The notes under the pieces: generated by a model
Told to the model about the DNA's origin: nothing
Database searches by the model: none
The model's input: only the letters and a program-made list of their open reading frames with translations
Virus record (IMG/VR): IMGVR_UViG_3300032328_001489
Location: 1 to 26,079 of that record
DNA from: a virus
Lineage: Duplodnaviria; Caudoviricetes
Direction: 5' to 3' (one strand)
Length of the DNA: 26,079 bases
Part shown: positions 16,032-25,197 of the stretch, in pieces
How the letters are laid out: each line of letters starts with the position of its first letter
Numbering within the stretch: position 1 is the first letter of the stretch
Program-made: the position numbers and the translations under genes

Positions 16032-17045
16032 TTAAGCTCTCATTGTTGGAACACGAGTAATTTCAGGTCTCAATTCTCTAATTTGTGTTTCAACTTGAGC
16101 AATTTCATTATCCGTCCCATTAAGTAATTGATGTAATCTATCCACTTCTCTTTGATAATTAGGTTGTTCTGGTTGTTCATCAAGTGGAATTGTTTCATCA
16201 AGAAATTCAACTCTCATTTTTTCATATGAAGTTAAACATTCTTCATGAACTTGTTGTTGAATTTCGTCCGAACACAAATTTTTGTTTGTGTCTTGAGATT
16301 TAAAAATTTTTCTAACGAGTGGAAACAAATAATCATCAGCGTCAACATCAAGATAATCAACTCTTGAATCTTCAGAATTCCAAAAACTAAATTCACTATC
16401 TCCATCCAATCCTTTGAAACCGGCGAACTTATATCCAGTTTCTTTATTGATGAAATAAACTAAAATACCTTTTCTCCAATATTTTTCAAAATAGTTTTTT
16501 TCTTTTTTATAGGTTGTACACCATCTTGTTGAAGCTCCATATTTAGCGGATGCTGAAAAAGTTAATGGTCTAACAGCCACCCATTTTTCATCTTCAAATT
16601 CTTTAATTACTTGACCTTCAAGGTCTTTAGTTAATTCTTTCATAGATGCTAAAGTTACAGCACCTCTCACATCCTCAAGGTCTTTGTAAGTTGACACGTC
16701 TTTATTTTCAATTTGGTCTTTGTCCATGTACTCCATGAACTCTTTTAGAGTTGTAAACGTATCAATACTAAAATGTTCTGTAATGTAATTTGAAATATAA
16801 TACATTTGACCATCATTAAGACCGTCAGTTGAAATTCCTTTATTAATTAAATTAGATTGAACATCAGATATGCCATTTAGGTAATCATCTCCCCAATATT
16901 TTTTTGGATTGAATCTTTGACCAAATATTTTACACAATAATGGAAGATACTTGTAAGACTTGGAAGTATCTAATCTTGTCATCATATCAAACATAGTGAC
17001 ATTTAATTCAGGATATTGTTTTTTTAATTCATCTAAACGAGACAT
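16032..17045 (-). CDS. conserved-type large-phage protein with YG..T.WCT motif, function unknown
   Basis: Start re-assigned to ATG 17045; RPLTFSASAKYGASTRWCTT; upstream TTGACT-N17-TATATT (17060-17090). Confidence 0.8.
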   Translation of the reverse strand: MSRLDELKKQYPELNVTMFDMMTRLDTSKSYKYLPLLCKIFGQRFNPKKYWGDDYLNGISDVQSNLINKGISTDGLNDGQMYYISNYITEHFSIDTFTTLKEFMEYMDKDQIENKDVSTYKDLEDVRGAVTLASMKELTKDLEGQVIKEFEDEKWVAVRPLTFSASAKYGASTRWCTTYKKEKNYFEKYWRKGILVYFINKETGYKFAGFKGLDGDSEFSFWNSEDSRVDYLDVDADDYLFPLVRKIFKSQDTNKNLCSDEIQQQVHEECLTSYEKMRVEFLDETIPLDEQPEQPNYQREVDRLHQLLNGTDNEIAQVETQIRELRPEITRVPTMRA

Positions 17046-17088
17046 ATAATTCTTTTTGTAAAATATAGGTAAAATAAAAGTTTGAGTC

Positions 17089-17121
17089 AAAAAAAAACAC
17101 TCAGTATTTGTACTGAATGTT
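17089..17121 (-). terminator. intrinsic terminator downstream of the tRNA
   Basis: Minus strand acattcagta-caaa-tactgagtgt followed by a T-tract. Confidence 0.8.
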
Positions 17122-17132
17122 AGTGATTTTTG

Positions 17133-17217
17133 CAGAGAGTTAGGGATTCGAACCCCAGAAGCTGTTACACTTGCCAGTTTTCAAGACTGGTGCCATCAAC
17201 CACTCGGCCAACTCTCT
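17133..17217 (-). tRNA. trnS: tRNA-Ser(UGA), CCA not encoded
   Basis: Acceptor AGAGAGT/ACTCTCT plus G discriminator; anticodon arm CCAGT-CTTGAAA-ACTGG; long variable arm; GGTTCGAATCC T-arm. Confidence 0.95.
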
Positions 17218-17719
17218 ATTTTTCTTTATTAACTGTATATCCAAAATTTATTAAAACATCTTTACAAAGTCCAATAAATTCATCTATAGTTAAATCATTT
17301 TTTGCTCTATTTGCTTCGGGACGAGCAATCCCTAAATTATCAAAAGAACTCTCACCACCTAATAATCTTGGTATTATATGGTCGAACTCATATGTGGCAA
17401 AATTATTAATGTCTATTGGTCTACCGGTCAAATAACATTTATCAATAGATGATAAATATTCTTTTAGTTTTTTCCTATCAAAATCACCTCTTCGATTATA
17501 AGTAATTTTTTTACCTTCATATTCTTGTAAGAATTTCTCTGTTTTATGTAGCCAAGGATTTAATTTTCTTTGTTTCTTAACCCTATCATAGGCCCTTTCT
17601 TTTTGATTGTCACCTAAATGGTATGAAATTGTTGATTTACTACAACCTAAAGATTTTTGAATTTGTTGATATGAATAACCTTTTTCTTTTAATTTAACTA
17701 TTTCTTCTTTTAACGACAT
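17216..17719 (-). CDS. HTH-HNH endonuclease
   Basis: GYSYQQIQKSLGCSKSTISYH HTH; CYLTG..FDHIIP..GG....NL....AN..K HNH; start re-assigned to ATG 17719; TATTTAT at 17725-17731. Confidence 0.85.
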   Translation of the reverse strand: MSLKEEIVKLKEKGYSYQQIQKSLGCSKSTISYHLGDNQKERAYDRVKKQRKLNPWLHKTEKFLQEYEGKKITYNRRGDFDRKKLKEYLSSIDKCYLTGRPIDINNFATYEFDHIIPRLLGGESSFDNLGIARPEANRAKNDLTIDEFIGLCKDVLINFGYTVNKEK

Positions 17720-17762
17720 ATAATATAAATATGTGTTCGTATCAAAAAAGATTAGAACCATT

Positions 17763-17793
17763 TTTGTAATCTGTTACAAATGTAGTATATTTG
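17763..17793 (+). promoter_or_regulatory. Bacteroidota-type -33/-7 promoter
   Basis: TTTG-N19-TATATTTG-tggt-ATG. Confidence 0.75.
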
Positions 17794-17797
17794 TGGT

Positions 17798-18238
17798 ATG
17801 AAAACAATAATTATCTCATTATTTTTAATCTTGTCTATTTCGGCAAAAAGTCAAACCACTGATGTTATGTGGGTACCTGACCAAAATACTTTGGTTGCAT
17901 CCTATAATAGTTATTCACAAATTGGATGGTATCTATGTGGATATTATACCACCACATTCCCCGCACCATTTATTTATACCACACCAGCATCGATTATCAA
18001 TCGAGGTGGTCTAACGTTCACAAATAGGAAGAACACTTACAGTATTATGGGTGGAGTATTCGTTAAAAGTGCATCAGTTAGTAAAATAGAATACATACCA
18101 GATGTTTGGTTTAAAATATACCCACTCAGAGCTTTGTTGAAGACCTCGAGAGGACCTGATTTTGCTGTTGGGGTAAATTATACAGAGGAATTCAGAGTGG
18201 GTGTTGGATTATCTATACCATTAGGTATTTATAGGTAA
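17798..18238 (+). CDS. small exported beta-strand-rich protein (small OMP-like)
   Basis: Signal peptide ..SAKS-Q; aromatic/Gly amphipathic strands; FAVGVNY...FRVGVGLSI C-terminus. Confidence 0.6.
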   Translation: MKTIIISLFLILSISAKSQTTDVMWVPDQNTLVASYNSYSQIGWYLCGYYTTTFPAPFIYTTPASIINRGGLTFTNRKNTYSIMGGVFVKSASVSKIEYIPDVWFKIYPLRALLKTSRGPDFAVGVNYTEEFRVGVGLSIPLGIYR

Positions 18239-19233
18239 TGTATAATGATGTTTTAGATAGAGCCAATAAATTTTTTGAAAATCACATTTTCGAGATGTAT
18301 TATCTTTTCGATTCGGAAGGTGAACCTATTGCACCAACAAATGTTAAAATTAAACTCACAGGTGTAAAAGATTTCATTTCGATGGGTGATTATAAACCCT
18401 TCATATTATACACTGCCTACATCTTACCATCAAACGAACAGTCTGATAAATTTAATTCTGTATTAAGTACTCACTTTGGTTCTGAAACAGAAATTAAGAC
18501 ATTTGACAAAGGTGCTTACAGTAATTTCGAGTGGGTCATGACAAAAAAATTATCTGAATTTTTAAAATATTTTTCATTACCAGATGCGGTACTCACTAAA
18601 GTTGTGAATGAAGTTGAGCCGATGAAAATAAATGAAAGTTTAATTGTTGAATCTAAAGTAGATGGTGCTGTAAGGAAAGTGGTTAAAGACATTTTGGAGT
18701 TGATTAAATTCCAAAGGAATGGAGAATTTGTTTTACCAGAAGACGCCAGAATCGAAGATAATACTTATAAGTTTTCGAATTTACCTGAATTCACAATTGA
18801 GTTAGAAGTTATAGAAAGTGATGTTGTTGATAGATTTGACGTTGAATGTGCTTATTATAAGGAAGAGGATGTGATAACGGTTGATATTGTTATTAATCCT
18901 GATGTAAGGTATTCGATACTATACGATATTGTTGGTGAGTTAAATGAACAGTTAAGACATGAAATGGAACACATGATTCAAAATGTTCGTGGAGTGGAAT
19001 TACCTGACAAAGAGCCAAAGTCACCTTCAAAATATTATTCACAACCACATGAAATCGGTGCACAAATTGCTGGATTCAAAAGAAAGGCAAAGATAACAAA
19101 ACAACCATACGAAAAAGTGGTTAGAAAATGGTTCGAAGAAAACAAACACAAACATAGATTAAACCCAAAACAATCCGAAAAGATTATTCAAAAATTATTG
19201 GACGCATCAAATGGTATCAGAAAAATTAATTAA
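18238..19233 (+). CDS. two-domain protein with C-terminal HExxH zinc-metalloprotease-like domain
   Basis: LRHEMEHMIQ and YYSQPHEIGA; TATTTAT at 18226-18232. Confidence 0.75.
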   Translation: MYNDVLDRANKFFENHIFEMYYLFDSEGEPIAPTNVKIKLTGVKDFISMGDYKPFILYTAYILPSNEQSDKFNSVLSTHFGSETEIKTFDKGAYSNFEWVMTKKLSEFLKYFSLPDAVLTKVVNEVEPMKINESLIVESKVDGAVRKVVKDILELIKFQRNGEFVLPEDARIEDNTYKFSNLPEFTIELEVIESDVVDRFDVECAYYKEEDVITVDIVINPDVRYSILYDIVGELNEQLRHEMEHMIQNVRGVELPDKEPKSPSKYYSQPHEIGAQIAGFKRKAKITKQPYEKVVRKWFEENKHKHRLNPKQSEKIIQKLLDASNGIRKIN

Positions 19234-19930
19234 TAAAATTTTAGTTGGACAAACGTTCCAAGAAAATACTTTTGAGTATACATTCGAGAATATTCAATTA
19301 AGTGAAAACGAATTTGCTTATGATGTTTCAGTACATGTTAATCTTCCAAATCCAAATCAATCATATGTTGCGGAGGTTTTTATTAGTGATATTCACAATT
19401 ATTTGTCTAACATGTGGCAATACATTGGAGAATCTTTTTCGTATTCCTTGATTGTTACTACAAATGCACCGCATAAACTTGAGGCTTATGTTAGTCCTGA
19501 AAAATATGATGAGATTGTTGAAGCGGTAAATGCCAAATACAGACATGTTGAAATAAAAGGAGGTCATAGTTTTGATGTTGATTTATCTCCATTAAAAAAT
19601 CAAAAAGGTTTTTATGTTATGCATGACAATTATCTTGAGTTTTATTTTACTGTTAGATTGGGTGGATTCAAATATGATGGCAAAACTGTCGAAGTAAAAC
19701 CTGAAATGATTAATGAATTTTGTGGTATTTTGGCGGATGAATTATATGATTCCGATAACTTTAAAGTTGCAATTGAAAATACAATTTATGAAATATTAGA
19801 ACCTGAAATTCACATAAAAGATGTTGAAGTTTATATCAATGCTCTATTCCATGTTACTCATTATAATGGAGCAAAGGTTGAACCTCATTGGTATCTCAGT
19901 TCAATTGACCCGAACGTATTCTTTATTTAA
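19211..19930 (+). CDS. hypothetical protein
   Basis: 239-aa ORF. Confidence 0.8.
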   Translation: MVSEKLINKILVGQTFQENTFEYTFENIQLSENEFAYDVSVHVNLPNPNQSYVAEVFISDIHNYLSNMWQYIGESFSYSLIVTTNAPHKLEAYVSPEKYDEIVEAVNAKYRHVEIKGGHSFDVDLSPLKNQKGFYVMHDNYLEFYFTVRLGGFKYDGKTVEVKPEMINEFCGILADELYDSDNFKVAIENTIYEILEPEIHIKDVEVYINALFHVTHYNGAKVEPHWYLSSIDPNVFFI

Positions 19931-20543
19931 ACTTTCTGATAAGTTTTGTCATCAATGCTGATAAAGTTTCAGCACCCATTATAACCACTCCCGAGGCAAT
20001 CAATCTTTCAAGAATTATTTTTCCAGTTTCTCTTGGGTCACCACTATTTGAAATATAATGTTGAATATCTGTAATGATTGGAATTAAAAAGGCATATGAG
20101 ACAGTATCCAAAAATGTACCAACACTAATCTTGATACCATTTAAAAACCCAATAAATGCATCTTCTAATTCTTCAGACTTTTTTAAAACAATATTGAATG
20201 TATTCTTTAAACCTTCTTCATCAATTTTTTTGATAAGTTCTTTAGTTGTTTTTTTATTATTGAAAAATAAAATTGATGCAATTGCAGCTAAAATAAGATA
20301 ACGTTGGTCATCAGTAACATTAAAACTACCATTACGAATGAAGTTATCTAATGGTAAAATTAATCCACCAACAGACGTACCCCAAGTCAAAAGCATTTTT
20401 ATATTTAAATCGTATTTTTTACCAACTCTGTTAACAACTTCTTTTGTAAACGAATAAAGTCGTTTCATATAGTTTGTCATCTTAGATTCGTCTTGTTCTC
20501 TAAGAATTGCTCTCAGTTGATTTTCATTAATAATAAAGTCCAT
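19923..20543 (-). CDS. hypothetical helical protein with hydrophobic segments
   Basis: 206 aa; N-terminal MDFIINENQLRAILREQ; TATTTAT at 20551-20557 (minus). Confidence 0.8.
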   Translation of the reverse strand: MDFIINENQLRAILREQDESKMTNYMKRLYSFTKEVVNRVGKKYDLNIKMLLTWGTSVGGLILPLDNFIRNGSFNVTDDQRYLILAAIASILFFNNKKTTKELIKKIDEEGLKNTFNIVLKKSEELEDAFIGFLNGIKISVGTFLDTVSYAFLIPIITDIQHYISNSGDPRETGKIILERLIASGVVIMGAETLSALMTKLIRKFK

Positions 20544-20577
20544 ACAGAATATAAATATCCAAGATATATTTATTAGT

Positions 20578-21183
20578 ATGAAAGGACAATTAAATCCACC
20601 GGTAAAACCAGGTGATAAAATAGTTTGTTACCACATGGATGGTGAAACAGGTGTTCCTGCAGGAACTTTCGGTGTTGTAAGAACAGTAAGTCGTGACCCA
20701 TTTGAAACAGAGACTGACGGTCAAATAATTGGTGTTGATTGGGAAAACGGTAGTAAATTGTCTTTGTTAACAATTACGGATGCTTGGAAAAAAGTTGTGG
20801 AAGAGATTCAAGAACAAACAGGTTCTCCTGAGTATGATTTTTTTTCAAAAAACCCTGAAATATTTGAAAATTTTGATTACAAGTTTTTCAAGAAATATTT
20901 ATTAAAACTTAGAGAATCTGGTGTTATTAATATGTTTCAAGCTTCTCCTTTTTTATATTCAGGTGAAGCATGGATTGATAGGTATCATGGTGAGAATCAG
21001 GAGGATAATGAAGCATTCCAAGAAGTCTTAGGAATGGCGGATAATGCTAAAAACAAAATGATTCAAGGACTATTGAAATATATGGAGTCAAAAAATATGG
21101 ATGTTGAAGATATGTCGCGAGTTAATAATTTGATTAATAGATTTGCGATGAAAATTAATCAATTTTATATGACTTTTGCTTAA
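20578..21183 (+). CDS. DUF4314-like domain fused to a DUF5049-like domain
   Basis: PGDKI...MD...VPAGT.G.V...I.VDWENGS.LSL and LRESGVINMF; TATTTAT at 20567-20573. Confidence 0.6.
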   Translation: MKGQLNPPVKPGDKIVCYHMDGETGVPAGTFGVVRTVSRDPFETETDGQIIGVDWENGSKLSLLTITDAWKKVVEEIQEQTGSPEYDFFSKNPEIFENFDYKFFKKYLLKLRESGVINMFQASPFLYSGEAWIDRYHGENQEDNEAFQEVLGMADNAKNKMIQGLLKYMESKNMDVEDMSRVNNLINRFAMKINQFYMTFA

Positions 21184-21362
21184 GCTTTTTTAATCTTCTC
21201 AATTGTCCCATCCTTCCAATGTTTGACAACCCACCCATTATCATCAAGATAAACCATTGGTAAATCTTTATCCCAAGTTTGTTTTTCAACTTGTTTTCTG
21301 AAAGATTCTTTAAATTGTTCAGACCTGATTATATCAGATAATCTTTTTTCTTCTATATCCAT
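21180..21362 (-). CDS. hypothetical protein
   Basis: 60 aa; last gene of the minus-strand run. Confidence 0.7.
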   Translation of the reverse strand: MDIEEKRLSDIIRSEQFKESFRKQVEKQTWDKDLPMVYLDDNGWVVKHWKDGTIEKIKKA

Positions 21363-21363
21363 T

Positions 21364-21522
21364 TTAATTACTTATGTGTTTGAAAGACAATTCAATTGAT
21401 TCTAATAAAGTCATTTTTGGGTTCATGTCCCTTAATTTTTTTGATAGCTCTAAAACTTTTTCTCTGATTTCCAATTCAGATGCTTCATGTAAGATTTCAT
21501 CGATAATTTCTTCGTTACTCAT
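21364..21522 (-). CDS. hypothetical protein
   Basis: Start re-assigned to ATG 21522 (ATGA overlap with the upstream stop). Confidence 0.65.
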   Translation of the reverse strand: MSNEEIIDEILHEASELEIREKVLELSKKLRDMNPKMTLLESIELSFKHISN

Positions 21523-21740
21523 AATAATCCTCCTTCTTTTTTCCAATTTTCTTCTACTTGAGTATTATTTAACTCTTTTAGAAGGTCTAAGAATGTTTTT
21601 TTTAATTTATTATATTTTTCTTCACTTTCATTTTTACCCAACATATAAGATTGATACATACAACTATCTATAGACCTTTTATCTAAAAAGGAATGATGTG
21701 GTATGGTGTGTTGATATATTTCTTCTAATTTTTCTCTCAT
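21519..21740 (-). CDS. hypothetical protein
   Basis: Start re-assigned to ATG 21740 (ATGA overlap with the ligase stop). Confidence 0.65.
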   Translation of the reverse strand: MREKLEEIYQHTIPHHSFLDKRSIDSCMYQSYMLGKNESEEKYNKLKKTFLDLLKELNNTQVEENWKKEGGLL

Positions 21741-22822
21741 AATTCCACCTCCTTTTGCCAAAATGGTTTTGAATATTTTGGTTTGATTAATTTCCAAATT
21801 ATTTCATCAACTTTTTCATTATTTTTATTCCACATTGCAAACATAATTGCATGTAAAACTTCTTCTTGTTTCATTACAAATTCGGCAAATTCTTTTTTAG
21901 TTGGTTCAGGGTCCACATCACCAAATTTTCCATAACGGAATCCATCGTGAAGTTTTCCAGCTCTTTCTCTTAATTGGTAAGAACCATACCTAAGGTCTTT
22001 AATTGTGGTTCTAACCCATTTGTCAAATTCATCGGGAACTCTATCAAGTAATTCATCAATGTTTTTTCCGTCTTTAAGGTATTCCCATATGTCCACATTT
22101 GAGAATCCTGTTAAAATCCTATGGAGACGAACGTATTCTTCCCCCTTTATCTTCATTCTGAACCCATTTCTGAAACGAATGACATAACCTTCTCGGTCTT
22201 TGGATATTAAAGACTTGAGGGTCTTATAATCGTTAACCGCATCGTATTTCTTAACAACAGCCATTCTAGTTTCATTGCTGATGTATAACAAAGAAGTGTA
22301 ATCTAACTCTTTTCCTGAAGAGTTGTTTATCATAGACAAAACAACCAAAGATTCCTCATCACCATATCCACAAACAATTCTGTTTTCAGGATATATTATT
22401 TCCACCAAAGTGGTATATCCTTTCGGTATTGGTTCAAAGTTGTATTTCATAAGAATTTCTCTTCCTTTAATTGCTTGTTCGGAAACAAATGAACCTTTGG
22501 TTGCTAACATCCATTTTCCTTGATACCAAAATAAAATCCCTAATGAACCGTCCAATTTTTCAAAAACTTCAAATGGTTCATTTGGAATTTCTTCTGGATT
22601 GTGTTCTTCCATATTGAAAAATTTATCAAAACCTTTGGCAATAACATTTCCTTCTTGGTCCAAAATAAGACCACGGCATGCTTTGGTAATTTCATCCCAT
22701 TTATTTTCATACTGACAAGTACGAGAATAGTTGTAGATAGAAATAGGAAGAGTTGGATGGTCATTTTTGACTACCAACCCATCACTGATGTATTTGTTCA
22801 ATATGTTTAAATCGAAGGTCAA
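21737..22822 (-). CDS. rnlA: RNA ligase, T4 Rnl1 (RnlA) family
   Basis: CRGLI, KFFN, motif I EKLDGSL, ATKGSF, motif IV EGYVI, motif V KIK..EY..LH. Confidence 0.92.
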   Translation of the reverse strand: MTFDLNILNKYISDGLVVKNDHPTLPISIYNYSRTCQYENKWDEITKACRGLILDQEGNVIAKGFDKFFNMEEHNPEEIPNEPFEVFEKLDGSLGILFWYQGKWMLATKGSFVSEQAIKGREILMKYNFEPIPKGYTTLVEIIYPENRIVCGYGDEESLVVLSMINNSSGKELDYTSLLYISNETRMAVVKKYDAVNDYKTLKSLISKDREGYVIRFRNGFRMKIKGEEYVRLHRILTGFSNVDIWEYLKDGKNIDELLDRVPDEFDKWVRTTIKDLRYGSYQLRERAGKLHDGFRYGKFGDVDPEPTKKEFAEFVMKQEEVLHAIMFAMWNKNNEKVDEIIWKLIKPKYSKPFWQKEVEL

Positions 22823-22823
22823 T

Positions 22824-23042
22824 TTATTTCTTAATTAACATGTTTGTGTTTGCGATTGGAAAACGAGCTACTGGAACTTTTTTTTCTTCTACTGAAGTTG
22901 CGTCGATTTGCATTACTTGATAATAACCGTCTTCCATTTTTACGGTTGGGACATCATTAAATGTGTAAAGAATGTTTCCTTGTTCTACTCCCTCATAAAG
23001 TTTTGCTGACTTTGTTGATGTGTTGAATACTAATGTTTGCAT
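22824..23042 (-). CDS. hypothetical protein
   Basis: 72 aa, tightly packed in the operon. Confidence 0.75.
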   Translation of the reverse strand: MQTLVFNTSTKSAKLYEGVEQGNILYTFNDVPTVKMEDGYYQVMQIDATSVEEKKVPVARFPIANTNMLIKK

Positions 23043-23052
23043 GTGTTTGTTT

Positions 23053-23286
23053 TTATAATTTTTCGTATTTTATTGTGTCATCTTTTTTTATATCGTCAAA
23101 GTTTCTCCAAAGAGTAAATTTTCTACCTACTCTCGGTAAACTATGGTGTTCTCTATGTCCACACCAACGGCATTCTCTAACTACTACTCTAATAACATCC
23201 CTCCCTTGTGGATGATTTTCTACTTTGTGCTTTTCTTTACGGTACTCCCAATTATGAAGACCAATATAGCAAAATGGGTTTATCAT
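23053..23286 (-). CDS. small Zn-binding protein (DUF1660-like)
   Basis: FCYIGLHNW...RECRWCG. Confidence 0.6.
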   Translation of the reverse strand: MINPFCYIGLHNWEYRKEKHKVENHPQGRDVIRVVVRECRWCGHREHHSLPRVGRKFTLWRNFDDIKKDDTIKYEKL

Positions 23287-23287
23287 A

Positions 23288-23701
23288 TTATAATTTAATT
23301 TCGAATCTGTTTTTCATAATTTGGAGCTTGTCTTCAGGTACCCCATGAACATTTTGCCCACCGTGTCTATTTTCAATAATCAAAGATACAACTTTGTATC
23401 CATATTTCACAGCTAATTTGAAATAATCTTCCATTTCCCATTCTTGTGTAAAAGTATTTGAAACAGCAATTTCAGGATAATATTGTTCATTATTTTGGTG
23501 GTCAATCATCCTTGTTTCGACCTCGTTTTTACACCAAGCATGAGCTTCTTTTAATTTTGATGGGTCAAAATTGTAATTACCTTCTTTATCGTAGAAAAAC
23601 TTATCGGCTTCACAAACAGCATAATCATTCCAAATTGCCGATGCAAATGATGTCTTACCTGAACCAGGTAAACCTCTTACTAAAAATAATACTCCACTCA
23701 T
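23288..23701 (-). CDS. P-loop polynucleotide-kinase-like protein (AAA_33 type)
   Basis: RGLPGSGKT, CEAD.FF, AH.WC, VSNTF and NVHGVP motifs. Confidence 0.85.
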   Translation of the reverse strand: MSGVLFLVRGLPGSGKTSFASAIWNDYAVCEADKFFYDKEGNYNFDPSKLKEAHAWCKNEVETRMIDHQNNEQYYPEIAVSNTFTQEWEMEDYFKLAVKYGYKVVSLIIENRHGGQNVHGVPEDKLQIMKNRFEIKL

Positions 23702-23702
23702 A

Positions 23703-23888
23703 TTAATATCCTTTTTGAAATGTCAATCCGTATGAAAAGTTAAGAAAAGAAATTTGAATTCCAAAGGCTGGTGAAGTAACACCTGTCTCAAGGAAGTAAT
23801 ACTTATCGTACCAAATTGAAATACAAGGTATTAACCAATATTTTCCTCTTATTCTAACAAACCTATTATTTTCTACAAACCATTTCAT
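23703..23888 (-). CDS. hypothetical protein
   Basis: 61 aa, ATGA-coupled. Confidence 0.65.
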   Translation of the reverse strand: MKWFVENNRFVRIRGKYWLIPCISIWYDKYYFLETGVTSPAFGIQISFLNFSYGLTFQKGY

Positions 23889-24253
23889 AATTTTTCATTT
23901 AAATTGTTATCAATATTCCATATATTAAATGGGTCAAATTCATTTTCTTTTTCCCATCCATACAATCTCATACTAATTTCATTTCTTGTTTCCAAAGATA
24001 GTGATTTTGCAAGAACTTCTCTTAAATTTTGATGAATCATTTGAACCATACTAACAAAATTTGAACCTTCATTCTTTAAATCTTTAATTTCGTTAATTTT
24101 AGATTGTACATATTCTATCTCTAATTGTTCTTGCCTCTCATCCCACATATGGGGTAGAGTAAAAGACCTCCAAAATCGAATACAAATTTCGCGTAATTCT
24201 TCAAAGCTTTCGTCTTTTGGAGGTGTATAGAATAATTTAACTGACTTATCCAT
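23885..24253 (-). CDS. hypothetical protein
   Basis: 122 aa, overlaps both neighbours. Confidence 0.75.
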   Translation of the reverse strand: MDKSVKLFYTPPKDESFEELREICIRFWRSFTLPHMWDERQEQLEIEYVQSKINEIKDLKNEGSNFVSMVQMIHQNLREVLAKSLSLETRNEISMRLYGWEKENEFDPFNIWNIDNNLNEKL

Positions 24254-24920
24254 TATCTTTATTTACAAGGTCATCTAAATGGTGGTCGTTTTGCATTTCA
24301 GAAAGTTTATCTCTGTGTCTTAACAAAGGTACTACTTCACGATACACGTTGTAAGGTCTAAATTCAGGGTGACCATCCATTCCAACATCAATTCTTTGAC
24401 CTTTACCAAATCTTAAATTTGTTGGTAAGTGACAGTGACCGTGTAAGTGCATTACACCTTTATTAAGACCATCCCAAGAACTTATGGGATAGTGCATCAA
24501 ACGAAATTTAAATTGTCCCATCTCAAGTGTATTATAGTGGGATACGGATTTGAATAATCCCTGAGCACCATCTCTATTGTTTTCTATATGGTGGTCGTGA
24601 TTACCTAAAACTAAGTGAATATTTTTACATATGAGTCTATCCCAAAATTCACGTATTTGGTCATATCCACCAAAAGACCAGTCACCAAGGTGAATTAATA
24701 TGTCATCTTGACCAACAACTTCATTGATGTTATTGACTATGGAAGCATTCATTTTTTCTATGGTTGAAAAGTCACGAGTCTGAGATAAAGGTATTTCACC
24801 TTCTTGGGTTCTCCAAGCTGTAACCCCACGACATATATTCTTGTGAGAATAGTGGGTGTCAGAAGTAATCCATACATTAACTTCTGGGATATTTTTGGTA
24901 TCTACAGGTAGTTTTATCAT
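24246..24920 (-). CDS. calcineurin-like metallophosphoesterase
   Basis: TSDTHYSH, HLGD, GNHD, MHYP, HGHCH, DVGMD; TATCTTCG element 4 nt upstream (24925-24932). Confidence 0.9.
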   Translation of the reverse strand: MIKLPVDTKNIPEVNVWITSDTHYSHKNICRGVTAWRTQEGEIPLSQTRDFSTIEKMNASIVNNINEVVGQDDILIHLGDWSFGGYDQIREFWDRLICKNIHLVLGNHDHHIENNRDGAQGLFKSVSHYNTLEMGQFKFRLMHYPISSWDGLNKGVMHLHGHCHLPTNLRFGKGQRIDVGMDGHPEFRPYNVYREVVPLLRHRDKLSEMQNDHHLDDLVNKDNG

Positions 24921-24936
24921 AAAACGAAGATAAGAA

Positions 24937-25191
24937 TTATTCTGTAATTAAAAAAACTGGATTTTGGTCTCCAGCAAATAAACCTAAAATGTTGTATTCG
25001 TAGAATTCAACTGCATCGATAGGAGACATTCCGTCTCTTTCTTCAAGAATATCAAGGATTTTGTTTTTGGAGTATAAGATTCTCGGCCCATTACCGAATT
25101 CTTCAACAATTCCGATGATTGCGTCATCCAAACCGTCCAAAATAACGGCTCCTTCAGCATTTTCGTGAATATCGTCTATGTTGATTGTCAT
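24937..25191 (-). CDS. conserved-type small acidic phage protein
   Basis: Start re-assigned to ATG 25191; LDGLDDAIIG..YS..KI..DA.EF.EYNI.G...P.F. Confidence 0.8.
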   Translation of the reverse strand: MTINIDDIHENAEGAVILDGLDDAIIGIVEEFGNGPRILYSKNKILDILEERDGMSPIDAVEFYEYNILGLFAGDQNPVFLITE

Positions 25192-25197
25192 ATAAAT

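Noticed and set aside
17130-17435. 101-aa plus-strand ORF
   Set aside because: It is the antisense of tRNA-Ser and the HNH gene.
20074-23706. Short opposite-strand ORFs (20074, 20573, 21374, 22005, 22323, 22601, 23033, 23458) and similar ones elsewhere
   Set aside because: Antisense to well-supported genes, with no promoter or motif support.
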